Positions 63,760 through 64,000 of a stretch of 64,000 nt of DNA are shown here, piece by piece. The position numbers and the translations under genes are program-made. Position 1 is the stretch's first letter. Each line of letters opens with the position of its first letter. The notes beneath the pieces are model-generated. The model ran no database searches. It worked only from the letters and a program-made list of their open reading frames with translations, and was not told where the DNA came from. The DNA is from an uncultured Actinomycetes bacterium (GTDB lineage Bacteria; Actinomycetota; Thermoleophilia; Solirubrobacterales; Solirubrobacteraceae): NCBI GenBank assembly GCA_963822735.1, contig CAWGIU010000015.1:13625-77624 (forward strand). The letters run 5' to 3'.

Positions 63760-64000
63760 ATGACCGAGGCTCCGCTTTCTGACACCACCGCGCCTACGGC
63801 CGCTGGGACGGCACCGCGCAGGGGCAACAAGAACCTCGTGTTGGCGGCGATGGTGTTCGCCGTCGCCATGACGTTCATCGACCAGACGATCGTGGCCATC
63901 GCCATCCCCCGCGTTCAGAGGGAGCTTGCGCTGTCTGCGACCGCGTCGCAGTGGGTGATCAACGGATACCTGCTTGCGCTGTCGGCCCTGTTTGCGTTCG
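63760..64000 (+). CDS. MFS transporter (DHA2-like), N-terminal part; runs off the right edge
   Basis: ATG 63760. Contains LVLAAMVFAVAMTFIDQTIVAIAIPRVQRELALSATASQWVINGYLLALSALFAF. Confidence 0.75.
   Translation, partial: MTEAPLSDTTAPTAAGTAPRRGNKNLVLAAMVFAVAMTFIDQTIVAIAIPRVQRELALSATASQWVINGYLLALSALFAF

Noticed and set aside
1-64000. A search for defence or mobile systems (restriction-modification, toxin-antitoxin, Abi, CBASS-like, retrons, transposases, phage genes).
   Set aside because: No ORF shows nuclease, helicase, methyltransferase, reverse-transcriptase, integrase or transposase motifs. The small unknown ORFs do not form recognisable toxin-antitoxin pairs.

Overview
This is a very GC-rich (about 70% by eye, not computed) chromosomal segment. 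Its gene content looks like Actinomycetota: F420 biosynthesis, a FAS-II operon with an AccD6-like carboxyltransferase, a DipZ-type protein, an Rv1683-like lipase/acyl-CoA synthetase, a DivIVA motif and ClpS.

I support about 60 protein genes and one tRNA-Leu(CAA). The genes are tightly packed and many share 1-4 nt start/stop overlaps (ATGA/GTGA/TTGA). I found no rRNA, CRISPR array, transposase, integrase, phage gene or recognisable defence gene.

Modules, left to right:
- GalT-like fragment, tRNA-Leu, inositol monophosphatase, M28 peptidase, HMG-CoA lyase, secreted polysaccharide deacetylase.
- cofD-cofC-cofE (F420).
- fabH-fabG-acpP-fabF-accD-fabI on the minus strand.
- SDR, RibD_C-like protein, alpha/beta hydrolase, two coupled ABC1/UbiB kinases, DUF1772-like protein, P450.
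- fbiC followed by a GAF histidine kinase and a NarL-type response regulator.
- NMT1-like lipoprotein, two small unknown genes, YgfZ-like folate protein, MarR plus MFS exporter.
- Ethylmalonyl-CoA pathway genes spread over 20 kb: ccr, ecm/meaA, meaB, MaoC hydratase, malyl-CoA lyase.
- PucR regulator, desaturase, clpS, a DivIVA-MBL fusion, moaA, dipZ, mobA, pckG.
- Rrf2 regulator and the sbp-cysTWA sulfate transporter.
- SucCD-like CoA ligase with a coupled ferredoxin-like ORF, FUSC exporter, Rv1683-like bifunctional enzyme, crotonase, GNAT, MFS.

The window is mostly core metabolism, and I do not see convincing evidence of a wholly new multi-gene system. The most unusual items are:
- the DivIVA-domain / acidic-repeat / MBL-hydrolase fusion;
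- several near-perfect structured tandem repeats in intergenic regions (2x60 bp, 2.2x98 bp, 3x25 bp, 3x~32 bp);
- a SucCD-like ligase coupled to a single-cluster ferredoxin-like ORF;
- a Trp-rich unknown ORF coupled to ccr;
- a GxGD-motif polytopic membrane protein;
- fbiC apparently co-transcribed with a GAF two-component system.

All functional calls come from my own reading of the translations. No database search was run.
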